The translations under genes were made by a program, and so were the position numbers. From Amphiura filiformis (lineage: Eukaryota), in assembly GCF_039555335.1 (NCBI RefSeq), contig NC_092630.1, positions 31,084,769 to 31,148,768 of the forward strand: DNA of 64,000 bases, read 5' to 3'. Below, in pieces: positions 61,462-64,000 of the stretch; positions within the stretch are counted from its first letter, which is position 1, and every line of letters starts with the position of its first letter. The notes under the pieces were generated by a model that did not search any database, was not told the origin of the DNA, and saw only the letters and a program-made list of their open reading frames with translations.

Positions 61462-62095
61462 TCCGCTTGATTATGAGCTCTGTGATGTAGAGTTTTGGAA
61501 TTAAATCTAATACTGGAACTTACTTTTTCGCAACTATTGCGACATTGCGTCTGGAACAACCAGACTTCATTAGGCAACTGACCCGCTGGACTGGTCACGT
61601 GATAGACAGCTAGGTATCGACCCGATGGCCCGGTCCCATGCATGAGATAAGTTAAAGCGGAGTCCCCCTTTCTTGTTCAGTTATGGTTGCTCAATGCGTT
61701 CCCAAATGGCTTCTTTTATGCCTCTCCTATGCCATTGTTCCTCCTTATCAAGAATAACGACTTCCTCGTTCTTAATTGAGTGTCCAGTGTCCTTTAAATG
61801 GAGGTAAACAGCAGAGTTTTGCGCTTCGTTGGTACTTGGTCTCCTATGTTGACCAAGTTTTAACTCCGCTTTAACTTATCTCACGCATGGGACCGGGCCA
61901 TCGGGTCGATACCTAGCCGTCTATCACGTGACCAGTCCAACAGGTCAGTTGCCTGATGAAGTCTGGTGGTTTCAGACGCAACGTCGCAATAGTTACAAAA
62001 AAGTAAGTTCCAGTATTAGATTTGATTCCAAAACTCTGTTTGAAACTACTGGATGACTAAGAACATTCACTCATTGAGCTCTGTGTTAGACCAAG
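61462..62095. mobile_element. TIR element with about 200-bp terminal inverted repeats
   Basis: 61462-61670 is the reverse complement of 61850-62095 (gagctctgtgatgtagagttttggaattaaatctaatactgg...). Confidence 0.75.
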
Positions 62096-62344
62096 GGCAT
62101 TGGACATTCCTGAAACGTCAGATCAGACTTTACTTGGATCAGTAACAACACTAAATTTCTGAAATGTCTGATTTATATGCTTCAAGCGCTCAATATTATT
62201 GTCTTGAGAACTAATGTGTATTTCAAGTTAATTTAATCAGTGTGAATGCTATTATATGCATGTGAGCTTCAAAAAAGAAATGGTTGTGTTGGTTTTGAAT
62301 GATATTTTTTAAATGTTCTAAACACAAAGTGTGATTCTTCACAT

Positions 62345-63478
62345 AGTGACAGGGTCTGCAATATAGTGTCAAATTTTTGTATAGCAAAAATGCTATGCAA
62401 ATGTTTGTATAGCAGTTTTCAAATATTGTATAGAAGTTTGTGTAGCTATTTTTATCTTATTTATTTTGCATCATGACAAATACGACTTGCGTTAGAAAAA
62501 CCAAGGGTTCAAAATAGCCCTATAAATGTGACCGTTCACGGCGAATGAGCTTTAAATTCCTCCCCGGTCAATTTTGTTTTATTTCGTGTTTAAAAAATAA
62601 ACATCATAAACTTAAAAATGGTATATCATTTGACTTCAAACGATATCCAGAAGCGGGGTTATGGTTTGTTAAACTTTGCTCCTTCAACAAAATTATAGCA
62701 TTTTACATTTTTACATGTGTCTCTTTTTCCACATTGCTGGCAATAAATATCAAACAGTCATAATTGGCGGTCATTTCAAATCATCCCCAAGTCAACGAGG
62801 TTTAAGAAAGGTCTCTCATTGTTAATTGTTGGTTATGCATACATGTACAAAATACAATGCCACCACGCAAACAGTAGATAGCAAAAGCAAACAAAGGCCA
62901 GAGCTATTAAAAGTTCTATAACCATCTAAGGTAGAAGCTTATTATCCACTTCAACAATAGGATTATTGATTAGTTTTTGACTATCAAAATGAGACAGATG
63001 TCGTGCCAGCCGATGAATACGACCTTCGTACACATTTTACACCGTAACTCAGAATACAATTTAGGGAATTTTCGGCTCATTTGTGCTGCCGGGTCACAAA
63101 TAAGAAATTATTGAAGGCCCATCTCTTACATAAATATACATGTTTTATAGAATAAGGAATATTACGAGTTGCCAATCAAATGAACCAATAGGCCTAGTAA
63201 TAAAATTTGATTGTCCTGCTCTTTTGTTCACCGAGCATATCCTTGCTTAGCTTTAAAACATGTCAGGATTCAAAATGCTCTCAGATCTTAGACTGTTTAT
63301 TTGTGACATTTTTCTAAAATAATCGTAAATAATAATGGCCGATTAAAGAAACATTATTTACACATTACATGTGTATAAACTTAGTGTAAAAATAATGGAA
63401 ATTGTTACTTGCATAGCAAACTGACTAGATTGTATAGCAAACTGCTATGCGATACCGGCTATTGCAGACCCTATGACA
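62345..63478. mobile_element. About 1.1-kb non-autonomous element (TIR gtgacagggtctgcaata / tattgcagaccctatgacac)
   Basis: The ends are inverted repeats. There is no long ORF. Confidence 0.5.
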
Positions 63479-64000
63479 CATACATGTACTGCTGTATTAA
63501 AATTATTGTTGTTCAACAATATCTAGTGATTGTGGTCTAGACTATCACACCTCATTTATGGAATAATGTTGTAAACTGTACATACTGGTCATTTCACTAT
63601 GAACCCGTGTTGCATTTGGAAGAAGACTTCAAAACAAACATCAAAACTGATGGGGACCAATCATTTTGATACAGCCTGTGTATAATAAACGTCACAATAA
63701 AAAATGGAATAAAACTAAATCCAATTTTGTAAACAAAATATGGACTTCCATTAAAAAGAGTTCCATTGTATAAAAAAAAAACAGATATTTTTTTATATAA
63801 CATGTATCGTAGCCTATATAAATTCTTTTTCATCTACTTAATTTCTTAATTTACCAGGACAAAAGAATTAAAAATAAAAACATCTTTAATTCAGGAGGGC
63901 ATGTACTTATAATTGGCAAGTCCAGGTGGTCACCGCACACGTAAGTTAATGATAAACACACATTTACAATGTATTAGTAATACGAATTAGTATTCCTCGT

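Overview
Eukaryotic (metazoan, probably invertebrate) nuclear DNA, AT-rich (roughly 36-38% GC by eye), intron-rich and dense in non-autonomous DNA transposons, foldback elements and tandem arrays. Four coding loci are supported. (1) A complete succinate-semialdehyde dehydrogenase (ALDH5A1/SSADH) orthologue on the minus strand: 9 coding exons, ATG at 23041, stop at 100-102, predicted about 501 aa with the catalytic Cys/Glu motifs. (2) A single-exon NEIL2-type (Nei-like, H2TH plus CHCC zinc finger) DNA glycosylase ORF on the plus strand, 36222-37832. (3) An HPDL-type (4-hydroxyphenylpyruvate dioxygenase-like) gene on the plus strand, 5 exons, 52865-59052. (4) An intact 465-codon ORF (47969-49366, +) built almost entirely of GAT/GCT codons, encoding a poly(Asp/Ala) protein, with a degenerate inverted paralogue 49747-50878 facing it tail-to-tail. 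The most unusual structure is a 148-bp satellite of about 33 copies that fills intron 2 of the SSADH gene. Its unit is the first ~110 nt of exon 3 plus the last ~38 nt of the intron, including the 3' splice site. The D/A inverted pair and the intronless NEIL2-like gene with Ala in place of the catalytic Pro2 are the other main points. No rRNA, CRISPR or prokaryotic features are present. All coordinates were counted by hand from the printed sequence and may be off by 1-3 nt at exon edges.
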